The notes beneath the pieces are model-generated. The model searched no databases, was not told where the DNA came from, and was given only the letters and a program-made list of their open reading frames with translations. Of a stretch of 64,000 bases of DNA, positions 25,871 through 35,553 are shown piece by piece. The position numbers and the translations under genes were made by a program. How positions within the stretch are numbered: position 1 is the stretch's first letter; each line of letters begins with the position of its first letter. The DNA lies in NCBI GenBank assembly GCA_947588355.1, contig CANPYI010000007.1, positions 601-64,600 of the forward strand, written 5' to 3'. The stretch is from an uncultured Clostridia bacterium (GTDB lineage: Bacteria; Bacillota; Clostridia; Christensenellales; UBA1242).

Positions 25871-26542
25871 ATGAAAAAGATTTTGCTTGTTTTGTCATTT
25901 TTTTGCCTTGTTTTGACATTTTTTATGCCAACAAATTTTGCTTGCGCACAAGAAGACAACACATCATCAAACTATATTGTCACGGCGGACTATGCGATTG
26001 TTTTTTCGGAGGCAAATTTTGCGTCAGGAAAACTTGCCACTTTATCTCACAAACACGACGTCAAAATTTTGTTAGAAGACAACTCCCCCGTCTGCGAAAA
26101 ATACGGTGAATTTGTTTTTTATAAATTAGATTTGCAAGAAAATGATATACAAAATTCCGATTTTCAATTTGGCTACATTTTGTCTGACTTGATTGTCGAA
26201 AAAACTGCTGAGATTGTGGCATATCCAAACTTTAATGCAAGCACAAATCAAGAATGTGTGGTTTTTGCTCTGCGCGGACAAGAATATGTTGAAACAAACA
26301 ATGTTTTGCCACAAAACACAAAAATATTTCTTTATCGTGGCTTCAACAAAAAACTGAATTATACTGCCATTTGTTTTGTTGCCAACGATTCTGTTGAATA
26401 TGGATATCTCAAAACAGACTGTATCAATCCCAATGGCATAAATCCGGTTCTTATCACTTGTGTGGTTTTGATTGTGGCAATTCTTGGAATAATATTTGCG
26501 TGGATATTTATGAAAAACAAACGCGTGAAAATAAAAAAATGA
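25871..26542 (+). CDS. Secreted, C-terminally membrane-anchored hypothetical protein
   Basis: Signal peptide MKKILLVLSFFCLVLTFF..ACAQ and C-terminal TM helix + KNKRVKIKK; alternative ATG at 25862. Confidence 0.6.
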   Translation: MKKILLVLSFFCLVLTFFMPTNFACAQEDNTSSNYIVTADYAIVFSEANFASGKLATLSHKHDVKILLEDNSPVCEKYGEFVFYKLDLQENDIQNSDFQFGYILSDLIVEKTAEIVAYPNFNASTNQECVVFALRGQEYVETNNVLPQNTKIFLYRGFNKKLNYTAICFVANDSVEYGYLKTDCINPNGINPVLITCVVLIVAILGIIFAWIFMKNKRVKIKK

Positions 26543-26605
26543 CACAAAAAATTGAAAAAAGAAAAATTACTCCTTACAATTAAAAAAAACTAAGGAGTAT
26601 TTTTT

Positions 26606-27415
26606 ATGACAAAAATAGAAGACATGGAATTAGACGTCGAAAATCTGAAAGAATTTTTTAAAGAGATGTCTCAATTTATGAAAAAGTGGAGTTCAAATGA
26701 CCCAAACTTGTTGCAAGAATTGGCAACTCAGTTGAGCAATCTTTCAAAAAGTTTTTCGGATTTTCAAGAACAAAACAAAACTTTTCAGCAGCAACTGAGC
26801 GAAATTTCCACAAAACAGGCAAATGTTGATTCGCGGCTAAATTCACTTGAAAACAACTGCTCCAACCTGGCGACAAATTTAGGTCAAATGACGGAAGTAT
26901 TGGACAGTTTGCAAACTTCGGTGACAAACATAACCGACACCGTGATACCAGAACTTGAAAACAAAATCGAACAATCTGGCGGAAGTTCGGGCTCTGAATG
27001 GACGTTGATTTATGACATGGACAGCCCAGACCCCGAAATCAATCGTGGAGAGACTGGAGGTGTGGGATACAATGAAGCAATCACTGCATTTAAGGGCATA
27101 AACATGATGCCATATAATTACATCCGACTGAAATTAAAATTTGGTAGTTATTTTAGTTATTTTGTTATTTACATTGGCGAGTTGAAAACAAGCGACCGAA
27201 CAGAATACAACAGATTTTTTGCTATCAATGAAGAAGCAATCATAATTTATGCTGGCTCTTTGAAAACAAACAAAATTGCAGAAGATAATCTTGAAATTTC
27301 TTTATCTTCCATCTACAAATTAGTATATTCAACTTCAGCAAAAACTTGGAAACTTACAAAAACTTCGGACGATATTACAGATTATCATGTATGCAAAATT
27401 GAAGCAAAAATTTAA
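26606..27415 (+). CDS. Hypothetical protein: N-terminal coiled coil + beta-rich C-terminal domain
   Basis: 269 aa; heptad-like Leu/Gln/Ser/Asn-rich first 120 aa, GGSSGS linker, then aromatic beta-strand-like region; AAGGAG RBS. Confidence 0.6.
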   Translation: MTKIEDMELDVENLKEFFKEMSQFMKKWSSNDPNLLQELATQLSNLSKSFSDFQEQNKTFQQQLSEISTKQANVDSRLNSLENNCSNLATNLGQMTEVLDSLQTSVTNITDTVIPELENKIEQSGGSSGSEWTLIYDMDSPDPEINRGETGGVGYNEAITAFKGINMMPYNYIRLKLKFGSYFSYFVIYIGELKTSDRTEYNRFFAINEEAIIIYAGSLKTNKIAEDNLEISLSSIYKLVYSTSAKTWKLTKTSDDITDYHVCKIEAKI

Positions 27416-28350
27416 TTTAATGTTGTGCGGCTTTTAATAAAATCAAAGACTTTTTTCTCATACAATATTCCCGCCACAGAATAAGAAAGAATGTGTGTAG
27501 CGCCGTCAACAACAAATTTGTCACGTAAATTTTTTGGCGTTGCTGAATACAGATTATTCAGGTTTTCAACCGGAACAAAATCATCTGCATTTCCATGAAT
27601 AAAAAGTATAGAAATTGTGGTGTTTTTCACTTGTTTTATCGCGTCAGCCTGCATGATATCAAAATTGTAAAGTCTTTTTGTGTAACTGTAAACAAACTTT
27701 TTTAATAATTTAAGTGAAAATTTGCGTTTTTTCATAATAAAATCAATTTCACGATTGGCGTTGTCAAAAGCACTGTCGCTGACAATCGCAACAACATTTT
27801 TCAAATTCTTTTCACCCGAAGTCATACACACCGCACTTGCACCCATAGAAACTCCAAACAATAAAATTTTGCTGTTTGGAGTTTTTTCATTCAGATATGC
27901 CACCCACTTCAATATATCCAATCTGTCAAGCCAACCAAAACCAACGCAGTTTCCCTCGCTTTGTCCATGAGCACGGCAATCCACTGCCAAAACGTTGAAG
28001 TCACGCTCCTGAAACATCTTGCAATATGGTTGCATTTCCAAGTAACTCCCGCCAAATCCGTGAACTATAAGGGCAGTTTTTTCAGATTTTGCATCATAAT
28101 ATCGACCGGCAAGTTTCAGCCCGTCAAAACTTTCAATAAAAACTGTTTGAAAATCAACTTTTTGCCACCAACACAAATCTATTTTGTTTTCTTTTATTCT
28201 TCTTTCGGTGTCTTTGCGTAAAACTCGTGCCGAAATGCTTTTTCTTGAAAACAGTGCTTTAAAAAGTATGGCACCAACAACAAGATACAGTATAAGCGCC
28301 AAAAAAATAAAAGTTATTATTCCAAACACAACCCACGCAAATATTTTCAT
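27412..28350 (-). CDS. Membrane-anchored alpha/beta hydrolase
   Basis: N-terminal TM helix, HGFGG oxyanion region, GVSMGAS nucleophile elbow, late HGNADDFVP and H (THIL). Confidence 0.8.
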   Translation of the reverse strand: MKIFAWVVFGIITFIFLALILYLVVGAILFKALFSRKSISARVLRKDTERRIKENKIDLCWWQKVDFQTVFIESFDGLKLAGRYYDAKSEKTALIVHGFGGSYLEMQPYCKMFQERDFNVLAVDCRAHGQSEGNCVGFGWLDRLDILKWVAYLNEKTPNSKILLFGVSMGASAVCMTSGEKNLKNVVAIVSDSAFDNANREIDFIMKKRKFSLKLLKKFVYSYTKRLYNFDIMQADAIKQVKNTTISILFIHGNADDFVPVENLNNLYSATPKNLRDKFVVDGATHILSYSVAGILYEKKVFDFIKSRTTLN

Positions 28351-28361
28351 TTACACCTCTT

Positions 28362-29285
28362 TTAGTCCAAGATTGCTTTTATTGGTTCTCCCGTTGTGGC
28401 ATCTTGATATGTCATCCAATAGCCAAAGCCTTTTTCCTCTGCAAGAGGAAGCCAAATTGGATAGCCGTCAAGTTCCTCCGGCGGTTGTTCGTCATAAACT
28501 GACGGAACACCATAACAAACATATTTCACTTGTCCAATGTCGTCATAAATCAAACCAAACACAAAAAAATCACCTTCATCTTCATATTCCACCCTCACCC
28601 ATTTTGAAGAAGGAAAAATTTGTTGCAAATTGTTTTCGGCTGGATTGTTTTCAAACAGTTTGTCAATTTGCGGCTTGAGTTTGTCAAAAAAAACAACCTT
28701 TTGAGAAGTTTTTTCTTCTTTCAAATCGTTTTCTTGTTTTACACTTTCTGTTTCAACATTGTTTGAAGAGGGATTTTCATAAAAATATTTTTTGTAAATG
28801 CAGTTTTCACAATCTAAATGACAAAGGGCATCATCAATATCCTTCTCGATTTCTTTTTTGTCTTCTTCTTCAAATTCAACACCATATTTGTCAAGTGTGT
28901 TTTTAGTGTTTTCAATAGAATTATTTTCGGAAATTGTGCTGATTATATCGCCATAAATATTGTCGTCGTTGCCTTCACTTGAACCAAAAAGCACCGGTTT
29001 TGCCTCAGCATTTTGAAAATTGACAACGGCACAAGAAAAAACTTTTGGTATGTTTTTAAGATTTACAAAAAATTCATACAACATATGATTCTTCAGTGTC
29101 AGACCTGCTTTGTACACCTGCTTGTCGGCATATATGCCAAGCGACAATATACCGTCTGGCTCATTCGGAAAATTATACAACCTGACCGTTCCCGAAATTC
29201 CAGATTTTTCTTCATTAAGTGACAAAACGGCTTTCTTGTTGGAATTTGAATTTGTGTCACTTAAAACAATACATTTTTTCAACAT
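28362..29285 (-). CDS. Hypothetical protein
   Basis: 307 aa ORF with GAGGTG RBS; acidic middle region; no motif recognised. Confidence 0.55.
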   Translation of the reverse strand: MLKKCIVLSDTNSNSNKKAVLSLNEEKSGISGTVRLYNFPNEPDGILSLGIYADKQVYKAGLTLKNHMLYEFFVNLKNIPKVFSCAVVNFQNAEAKPVLFGSSEGNDDNIYGDIISTISENNSIENTKNTLDKYGVEFEEEDKKEIEKDIDDALCHLDCENCIYKKYFYENPSSNNVETESVKQENDLKEEKTSQKVVFFDKLKPQIDKLFENNPAENNLQQIFPSSKWVRVEYEDEGDFFVFGLIYDDIGQVKYVCYGVPSVYDEQPPEELDGYPIWLPLAEEKGFGYWMTYQDATTGEPIKAILD

Positions 29286-29365
29286 AACACCTCACTTATG
29301 TATATTTTATAAGTTCAGTTTTTATGTTGATAAGATTTTAAACGCAGAATAATGTCGAAAAATGC

Positions 29366-31336
29366 CTATTTTTGTGATTTTATTTTGTTTTCTACAAATT
29401 TTACAAGATTTTTCACAGTAAAGCCAGCGCCTGCATAAACTTCGTCGCCGCTTCCACTTTTTTGATAATCTTCCACTCCAAACAAAACTGTTTTTTCTCC
29501 TAAAACTTTCAGCCACTTGCAATCATTGCTTGCTTCGATTGCCACAATAAGTTGTGCATCTTTGCAAATCACTTTGTTTTTGTATTGAGTTGTCTGTTTT
29601 TCAAAAACTTCCAACGAAGGCATGGAAACCACATTAACTGAAAACTTTTTCTTAAGTTCGGCAGCCGCATTGACAGCAAGAGGAACTTCTGAGCCGCTTG
29701 CCACCAATATTATTTGTGGCTTTGAACAATTGTTATCCAAAATATAACCGCCACAAAGAGCACCTTCAAACGAGGTGTTGTCAATATGTGCAATATCCTG
29801 TCTTGAAAGAGCAAAAACCACTGGCATATATCCTTTTATTGCTGTGTGATAGCCGGCCACCAATTCTTTGAAATCACACGGACGGAAAACTGTGTTGCCA
29901 ATGATAGAGCGAAGTTGTGCAAGTTGCTCAATAGGTTGGTGAGACGGACCGTCTTGACCTACCGCCAAAGAATCGTGTGTGAAGAAAGACATGACTGGAA
30001 GTTTCATAAAACTTCTCATGCGTAATGCCGGGATAGCATAGTTTGAAAAGCACAAAAAAGTGCTGTCAAAAGTGATAAAATCTTCATAGAGTGCAATTCC
30101 GTTGGCAATTGCAGACATGGCATGCTCTCTGACACCAAAATGAATGTTTTTCCCTCGTCGATAGCCAGCCGAAAAGTTTCCGGCATTGTCAATTGTTGCA
30201 AGTGTTGACGGCCCGACGTCCGCTGTTCCGCCAATAACTTGCGGACACTGATATGCAAGTTCGCTGATAGCGTGATGATTCACCTTTCTCAAACTTTCAC
30301 CGTCATATTTGGAGATATTTTTCAGAATTCTTTCAAAGTTTATTTTTTTGCGGTCGAAAAATGCCATAAACGACTTGTAAAGTTCTGGATGAGTGCTGGA
30401 ATACATAGCCAAATTTTGATTCCACTTTTCGTGATTAAGTTTCCCGCGTCTTGTTGTCGCCATGCAAAGTTCTCGAACATCAGTTGGAATAAAAAAGTTT
30501 TCCTTTACGCCCAAATTTTCCTTGAAAACAGCAAGTTCTTCCGCAGAAAGCACGGCAGAGTGCACAGCAGATGTTCCCTCTTTTTGAGTGCCTATACCAA
30601 TTGTGGTGTTGAAGATGATGATTGTCGGCTTTTTGCTGTGTTTTGCTCGTGAAATCGCATGTGTGCAAAAATAATAACTGTTGCCTTGTGGCACGCGAAT
30701 GACATTCCAACCCATTGCAGCAAATTTTTTGGCAACATTTTCTTTGTTTGCAAGACCAAGTGCACCGTCTATGGTCACGTCATTGCAATCATAAAGCAAA
30801 ATGAGCCTTCGAAGGTTTAAAGTGCCTGCCAAACTGCAAGCCTCTTGTGCGACACCCTCCATAAGACAACCGTCACCAACAAAACAATAGGTGTAGTTGT
30901 TGATAATATCAAATCCAACAGTGTTGAATCTTTCTTCCATGACTGCTTCCGCAATAGCCATGCCAACAGCGTTTGCAACACCCTGTCCGAGTGGACCTGT
31001 GGACACCTCCACGCCATCAGTTGTGCGATATTCTGGATGACCAGGTGTTTTTGAACCGGTTTTACGAAATTCCTTCAAATCTTGCAAAGAAACATCAAAT
31101 CCAAACATGGACAAAAGCGAATAATATAATGCACTTGCATGACCAGCAGACATGACAAGCCTGTCACGATTTAAAAAATCTGTGTCGGAAACATCAAAAT
31201 TGTAGTGGTCTTTGAAAAGTGCAAACAAAATTGAAGATGCCCCCAAACTTATGCCCAAATGACCTGATTTTGCATTGGTGATTGTTTCTGCTGACAGCGC
31301 CTTCAAGTAATTTATTGCTTTCTGGTTTATATTCAT
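29366..31336 (-). CDS. tkt: Transketolase
   Basis: 656 aa; GHLGISLGAS, TGPLGQGVANAVGMA, VGDGCLMEG thiamine-diphosphate motifs. Confidence 0.93.
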   Translation of the reverse strand: MNINQKAINYLKALSAETITNAKSGHLGISLGASSILFALFKDHYNFDVSDTDFLNRDRLVMSAGHASALYYSLLSMFGFDVSLQDLKEFRKTGSKTPGHPEYRTTDGVEVSTGPLGQGVANAVGMAIAEAVMEERFNTVGFDIINNYTYCFVGDGCLMEGVAQEACSLAGTLNLRRLILLYDCNDVTIDGALGLANKENVAKKFAAMGWNVIRVPQGNSYYFCTHAISRAKHSKKPTIIIFNTTIGIGTQKEGTSAVHSAVLSAEELAVFKENLGVKENFFIPTDVRELCMATTRRGKLNHEKWNQNLAMYSSTHPELYKSFMAFFDRKKINFERILKNISKYDGESLRKVNHHAISELAYQCPQVIGGTADVGPSTLATIDNAGNFSAGYRRGKNIHFGVREHAMSAIANGIALYEDFITFDSTFLCFSNYAIPALRMRSFMKLPVMSFFTHDSLAVGQDGPSHQPIEQLAQLRSIIGNTVFRPCDFKELVAGYHTAIKGYMPVVFALSRQDIAHIDNTSFEGALCGGYILDNNCSKPQIILVASGSEVPLAVNAAAELKKKFSVNVVSMPSLEVFEKQTTQYKNKVICKDAQLIVAIEASNDCKWLKVLGEKTVLFGVEDYQKSGSGDEVYAGAGFTVKNLVKFVENKIKSQK

Positions 31337-31806
31337 AAGATTCCTCCAATGGATTTTATTATTTTATCACAAACAAAATCTACGTTTGTGTTTTGAATTT
31401 TTTCTGTTATATCTGCAATTTGCTCCAAACGCTTTGACCTTACATCAAATGCAAGACTGTTTACACTGCTTTCATTTTCTTTGACATATTTTTTTGTTAG
31501 CCTCAAAAAAACAATCAAACTTTTTTCATTTAGTGTATTCAAGTTGTGCGTCAAATAATCAAAATTGATTGCAACGACAACATTTTCAAAAGAAGAAATA
31601 TGTTTTATTACTTTCTTTTCGGCATTGTCCAGATATTCTTTTGTGGAAAATTTTTTCAACCTTTCCCTGTCAATAAGTTCGTACTCAACCAAATCTTTGG
31701 TGTCACAAAACATCATGTCAAGACTTTGTGACAAGGCTTTTCCGATTTTTTTTGAAAAATCATCACAAAGTGACACTATGACAATTTTGTTGAAATCTTT
31801 TCTCAT
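31333..31806 (-). CDS. Shikimate-kinase-like protein lacking the P-loop
   Basis: 157 aa; layout resembles AroK, but the GxxGxGK(S/T) position reads SLCDDFSKK; ATGA overlap with tkt. Confidence 0.4.
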   Translation of the reverse strand: MRKDFNKIVIVSLCDDFSKKIGKALSQSLDMMFCDTKDLVEYELIDRERLKKFSTKEYLDNAEKKVIKHISSFENVVVAINFDYLTHNLNTLNEKSLIVFLRLTKKYVKENESSVNSLAFDVRSKRLEQIADITEKIQNTNVDFVCDKIIKSIGGIL

Positions 31807-31829
31807 GCCTATATTTTATCACAAAGTTC

Positions 31830-32921
31830 TTATATTACAAAATTTTTTAAACTATTATTTGCAAAAGCAATTTTCGGAGATTTGTAAACAAATTTCAACA
31901 AAACAAACAACGCACATGTGAATATCACGACAAAAAGTGGAATATCCACAAAAACATCAAGAGTGCAGATGACAAAATGTCCACCGACCGAAACTCCAAC
32001 ACCTATCATGCCATCAGTTTTTGTGACATAAACATCTTGAACTTGGACATTTTGAAGTCTTTTCAAAACTTCGTGTGACGGGTGAGAAGAATCGCCCGCA
32101 CTTACAAATGCAAATTTTGGCGAAATTGCCTGCAAAAATTCCGGAGTTGAGGAGTATTTTGACCCGTGATGTGCAACTTGAAAAAAATCTACACACAAAG
32201 TTCGACTTTGCATTGAAAGTTCTGTCAAAAACTCTGTTTCGCGTTCTTGTGTGGCATCGCCAGTAAACAAAAATGTGCGATTTGAAATTGTCAAGACTAT
32301 GTAAGGAGAATAAGAATTTGTGTCAGAATATCTTTCCTCGTTTGCAGCAAAAATTTCCAAAGAATAATCATTTTCAAAAAATTGTTTATCCTCAACAAAC
32401 GAGATTTGACAGTCAGGCTCGCTGCTTATTGCGTTTATGACGTTTTTGTATGTTAAAGTTGTTGAAATACTATAGTCGAAATCGTTTTTTTCATCAGCGG
32501 ACAAAATTTTGGGCCTGTAAACATTGTTGACTTGAAAACTCTCAAAAACAGAAACCGCTCCGCCGACATGGTCGGCATCTGAATGGGTCAAAATCAACAG
32601 GTCAATATCTTTCAAATTGTTTCTATTCAGCAAAAACTTGACATCAGAAACAAAATCATTTGCACTGTCTGTGCTTCCGGTGTCAATCAAAAGTGTTTGG
32701 TCGTTTGGAAAAATCACAAGAGTTGCACTTGCCTGCCCAACGTCAAGGAAATAAACCTGAAGATCACTTTGTGTGACATTTTGAAAGCCATTAAATAAAA
32801 ATTGTATGTTTTGTTGATTTATGACAATCAAAATCAAACAACAAAACAAAATCAACAGCAATGTCGCCTTGAAAATTGAAACATTTTTAATTTTGTTTAA
32901 ATTTTTCCTTAAATTTTCCAC
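31830..32921 (-). CDS. ComEC/Rec2-related metallo-beta-lactamase-fold protein
   Basis: N- and C-terminal TM helices; LILTHSDADHVGG and VAHHGS motifs. Confidence 0.7.
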   Translation of the reverse strand: MENLRKNLNKIKNVSIFKATLLLILFCCLILIVINQQNIQFLFNGFQNVTQSDLQVYFLDVGQASATLVIFPNDQTLLIDTGSTDSANDFVSDVKFLLNRNNLKDIDLLILTHSDADHVGGAVSVFESFQVNNVYRPKILSADEKNDFDYSISTTLTYKNVINAISSEPDCQISFVEDKQFFENDYSLEIFAANEERYSDTNSYSPYIVLTISNRTFLFTGDATQERETEFLTELSMQSRTLCVDFFQVAHHGSKYSSTPEFLQAISPKFAFVSAGDSSHPSHEVLKRLQNVQVQDVYVTKTDGMIGVGVSVGGHFVICTLDVFVDIPLFVVIFTCALFVLLKFVYKSPKIAFANNSLKNFVI

Positions 32922-32976
32922 ATCTTTTGTCTTTATTTTTTTATTCGATTTTATCTAGCGAAAAAACACTTGAAAA

Positions 32977-33816
32977 TTATATAAAATCAATCTCACCTTT
33001 ATCAAAATCCTTCAAATGTTTTTTCTTTGCTTTTCCCTGAAAAATTTTGATAATCTGTGGCATAAGGTCAATAGCATTGTGATAACCTGCCTCCACCATT
33101 TCGTCAATTCCTTCCAATTTTGTGGACTTGAATCGTTTGTTGTCAGTGGCGATCATCACATCGGCACACATATAGCCCTTCACCGCATTACTTTTCATCA
33201 AAGTACGGATTGTGCAACCAAGCACGTCCAAAACTTTTGTGCTGTCAGTGCCATAAGTCCTTGTGCTGTTGCAATCAACCGCAATCACATAGTCGCAGTC
33301 AAAATAACGTGGAATGTTTGCAGGAATTGTGTTTTGCAATCCTCCGTCACACAAAAGTGCATCTCCAAATTCCACCGGCTGAAAAATCCCCGGCACACAA
33401 CAACTCCCTGCAACCGCTTTTGCAAGATTGCCATGGCTTATGCAAAGTTCTTTTGTAGTTTTTATATCCACAGCAACTGCCGAAAAAGGTGTTTTAAGGT
33501 CTTCGACGTTTATGTCGCCAAGAGTGTCCACCATCAAACTTTCAATCCCCTCTGTTTTGGATGGAACAAAAAAAACTTTGCTTGTTCGGATATCACTCAC
33601 CTTAAGGGTTTTGGCAATGTGGTACAGTTCTTTCCAAGTTTTTCCGCTTGCATATGCCGCCCCGATAATACTTCCAACACTTGTGCCACAAATATAGTCA
33701 AACTTCAGACCATATTCCTCAAAAGCCTTAATCACTCCGATGTGAGACATTCCCCTTGCTCCGCCTCCACCAAAGGCAAGCCCGATTTTCAGTTTTTTTC
33801 TGCCAAAAATATTCAT
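32977..33816 (-). CDS. Patatin-like phospholipase
   Basis: GGGGARG oxyanion motif, GTSVGS serine motif, DGG aspartate motif. Confidence 0.88.
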   Translation of the reverse strand: MNIFGRKKLKIGLAFGGGGARGMSHIGVIKAFEEYGLKFDYICGTSVGSIIGAAYASGKTWKELYHIAKTLKVSDIRTSKVFFVPSKTEGIESLMVDTLGDINVEDLKTPFSAVAVDIKTTKELCISHGNLAKAVAGSCCVPGIFQPVEFGDALLCDGGLQNTIPANIPRYFDCDYVIAVDCNSTRTYGTDSTKVLDVLGCTIRTLMKSNAVKGYMCADVMIATDNKRFKSTKLEGIDEMVEAGYHNAIDLMPQIIKIFQGKAKKKHLKDFDKGEIDFI

Positions 33817-33921
33817 GTTTGTATTATATCAAAAAACGGTCCAGATTAAAAACAAATTCTTGTAATAATTTAAAAAAGTGGTTTATGCATACCTTTTTAA
33901 CTCACAAAATACAATAAATGT

Positions 33922-34647
33922 ATGAAAAAATTTTCACCACTTACATTTTTTATTATTATCATAGGATTCTGTGTGGCGGTGTCGTGTGGAAGTTTGCTTT
34001 CAAACGCCTTAATCTCCACGGGAATAATAACAAATATGGAAATTAGCACTCCGCAGTGTAATTTTTTTGCAATTTCCACTGCAAATTGTCAAAAAAGTGA
34101 GGACCTGAACGAACAAAAAAATTTTTTACAACAAAACACTGGTGCGGGATATGTGAAACAGTTGAATGAAACTTTTTATCTTTTGTCGGGAGTGTATGCC
34201 AACAAAGCAGATGCCGAACTTGTCAAAAACAACTTATCACAAAACATTGAATGTGAAATACTTACAATTGCTTTTCCAAAAATAAAAATAGATGGCAATT
34301 TCAACTCAAATGAAAGATTGGTTCTTTCCAATTGCGTAAACTCACAAACAAGCATCTACACTGCACTTTATGATGTGGCGATAAGTTTGGACACGGGCGT
34401 GTTTGATTTGGAAAAGGCAAAACTGCAATGCAACACGATTTACTCCAATTCGATTTCAACAAAAGCAAACTTTGAAACTTTTTTCAAAAACAAAACTGAA
34501 AAAAATGATGATTTAAAGCAATTATATGAAATTTTACAGAACAATGAAAAATGCTTGTCAAATCTAGTTTCAGAACAATATGAATCCGAAAATCAAACTT
34601 TTTCTTCACTCATAAAATTGACCTATTGTAAGATTTTGTTCCAATAA
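33922..34647 (+). CDS. Hypothetical membrane-anchored protein (possible SPOR-like domain)
   Basis: N-terminal TM helix; GAGYV..FYLLSGVYANKADAELVKNNL is reminiscent of SPOR. Confidence 0.5.
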   Translation: MKKFSPLTFFIIIIGFCVAVSCGSLLSNALISTGIITNMEISTPQCNFFAISTANCQKSEDLNEQKNFLQQNTGAGYVKQLNETFYLLSGVYANKADAELVKNNLSQNIECEILTIAFPKIKIDGNFNSNERLVLSNCVNSQTSIYTALYDVAISLDTGVFDLEKAKLQCNTIYSNSISTKANFETFFKNKTEKNDDLKQLYEILQNNEKCLSNLVSEQYESENQTFSSLIKLTYCKILFQ

Positions 34648-34661
34648 AAAAGGGCCCAATT

Positions 34662-35543
34662 TCAGCCCCTAAATTCATCTACGAAAATATTTAAATTTTT
34701 GTCAGCAAGCACACGTACGCCAAAAACTTTTTTGTTGATACAAAATTCAACTTCCTTGGCAAATTTGTCGACCATCTCCAATTCTGACCTTGTTGGTTTT
34801 CCACCTCGTTGTGTTCTGCCAACAATTTGATATTTCACATTTTCAAAACCCAATATTTCATTAAGTTTGTTGGCAATTTCGTCAACTTTTTTGATATTTT
34901 CTCGCAAAATAATGCAAGTGCTTTGTGATCTTATGTAGTTTTGCAAGATGATATTTTTAATTTTTTCAAAATTCAAATCATCTTTTTCGCCCACAACATA
35001 GTCTGCGCCAACTTGTTTTGCCACTTCTTTTGCAATCATAGGACATTTGCGCCCCATAACTTCAAAAATGCACGAATTTCCCATCGTTTCTATGCTTGGC
35101 ATAATATTTCTTACGGCATATATGCCCTCGTTTACGGCCGTGAAAAATCCAACTGAATAAAAACTATCCAAAACATCGTTGTCTATTGTCATAGGAACAA
35201 AAATTGTGTTTACGCCATTTTCAAAAAGTTCTTTGGCACCATTTTCACTGCCGTTTCCGCCCATAACAATAACACAATCAAATTTTTTTGCATTTTCGAG
35301 GGCTATTTTAAAATATTTTCTTTCTTTAAACTCTGGGCATCTTCCACTTTTTATAACAGCACCCGCTTCATCTTTTTTGTTTTTGTCAAAAACTTGGTCA
35401 AGTGGAAAAATTTGATTGTCAATAAGTCCGCGAAAGCCAGAAAGGGCAAAAAACACATCATGTTTAAATTTTATAAAAATGTTGTAAATAAATCGGTTTG
35501 TGCCTGGTGCATCGCCGCCACTACAAATCAATAAAATCTTCAT
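34662..35543 (-). CDS. pfkA: ATP-dependent 6-phosphofructokinase
   Basis: MKILLICSGGDAPGTN, VMGGNGS, MTIDND, VMGR motifs; start behind GAGGAG. Confidence 0.88.
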   Translation of the reverse strand: MKILLICSGGDAPGTNRFIYNIFIKFKHDVFFALSGFRGLIDNQIFPLDQVFDKNKKDEAGAVIKSGRCPEFKERKYFKIALENAKKFDCVIVMGGNGSENGAKELFENGVNTIFVPMTIDNDVLDSFYSVGFFTAVNEGIYAVRNIMPSIETMGNSCIFEVMGRKCPMIAKEVAKQVGADYVVGEKDDLNFEKIKNIILQNYIRSQSTCIILRENIKKVDEIANKLNEILGFENVKYQIVGRTQRGGKPTRSELEMVDKFAKEVEFCINKKVFGVRVLADKNLNIFVDEFRG

Positions 35544-35553
35544 ACTCACTCCT

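Noticed and set aside
25862-27415. Prophage remnant interpretation of the coiled-coil, tail-fibre-like gene.
   Set aside because: No capsid, terminase, integrase, holin or other phage genes lie nearby, so only the single-gene resemblance is kept as a low-interest finding.
33016-33849. Long antisense ORFs from the six-frame track. Examples are 33016..33849 (277 aa) opposite the patatin gene, 37429..38271 (280 aa) and 36760..37389 opposite dnaE, 20752..21384 and 20985..21629 opposite spoIIE, 4306..4941 opposite priA and 18190..18753 opposite tilS.
   Set aside because: Each lies entirely within, and antisense to, a gene with clear conserved motifs. Their translations are low-complexity (Phe/Cys/His/Lys-rich), lack RBSs and look like the shadow ORFs common in AT-rich DNA.
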